Shown: piece by piece, positions 63,808 through 64,000 of the stretch
How positions within the stretch are numbered: the stretch's first letter is position 1
Layout: every line of letters starts with the position of its first letter
From: Eledone cirrhosa
Lineage: Eukaryota
Length of the DNA stretch: 64,000 bases
NCBI GenBank assembly: GCA_964016885.1
Contig: OZ024744.1
Coordinates: forward strand, 101,246,001 to 101,310,000
Direction: 5' to 3'
The notes under the pieces: model-generated
The model's database searches: none
What the model saw: only the letters and a program-made list of their open reading frames with translations
What the model was told of the DNA's origin: nothing
Translations under genes and position numbers: made by a program

Positions 63808-63978
63808 CTTTGAGCAGTATTTATAAACTCTTGATGTTTTTCTATTATATAGCCATGCATTATCAAACATGAGCCAAACATCTTCAACATACTGCCATGG
63901 GTCTTGGTACTGCCCTGTATCAAGTTTTCTTTTGATAGTGGAGAGGTCCATGGGCTTCTTAATTATCATAAAATAATC
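63808..63978 (-). CDS. CREBBP: CBP/p300 exon: bromodomain (gene continues beyond window)
   Basis: DYFMIIKKPMDLSTIKRKLDTGQYQDPWQYVEDVWLMFDNAWLYNRKTSRVYKYCSK; 171 nt. Confidence 0.97.
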
Positions 63979-64000
63979 CTGTAAAAGAACAGTTACTAAT

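Overview
AT-rich eukaryotic (metazoan) genomic DNA, most likely an octopod cephalopod. That assignment is inferred from the SINE/RTE repertoire and is not proven. Two convergent host genes are present. (1) Minus strand, 49846-63978: the last 13 coding exons of a CBP/p300 histone acetyltransferase (bromodomain end, RING-PHD, HAT, ZZ, TAZ2, NCBD, polyQ), with all splice phases joining in frame. (2) Plus strand: two small exons missed by the ORF track (284-349 and 26531-26668) that splice in frame to a SNX5/6/32-like BAR-domain C-terminus, so the repeat-dense 350-26530 block is probably one 26-kb intron. Bases 1-44.7 kb are packed with RTE-clade LINEs, a CR1 LINE, a decayed Gypsy element, hAT/maT/piggyBac/Tigger DNA transposons, tRNA-derived SINEs, (TA)n arrays and minisatellites. 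The most notable observations are: an RTE family whose ORF carries a C4HC3 PHD finger inserted inside the RT/thumb region and whose copies abut (TA)n tracts; a conserved 3' stem-loop shared by these LINEs and a SINE; and a spacer-less perfect 144-bp palindrome. Coordinates were read by hand; boundaries of decayed elements are approximate.
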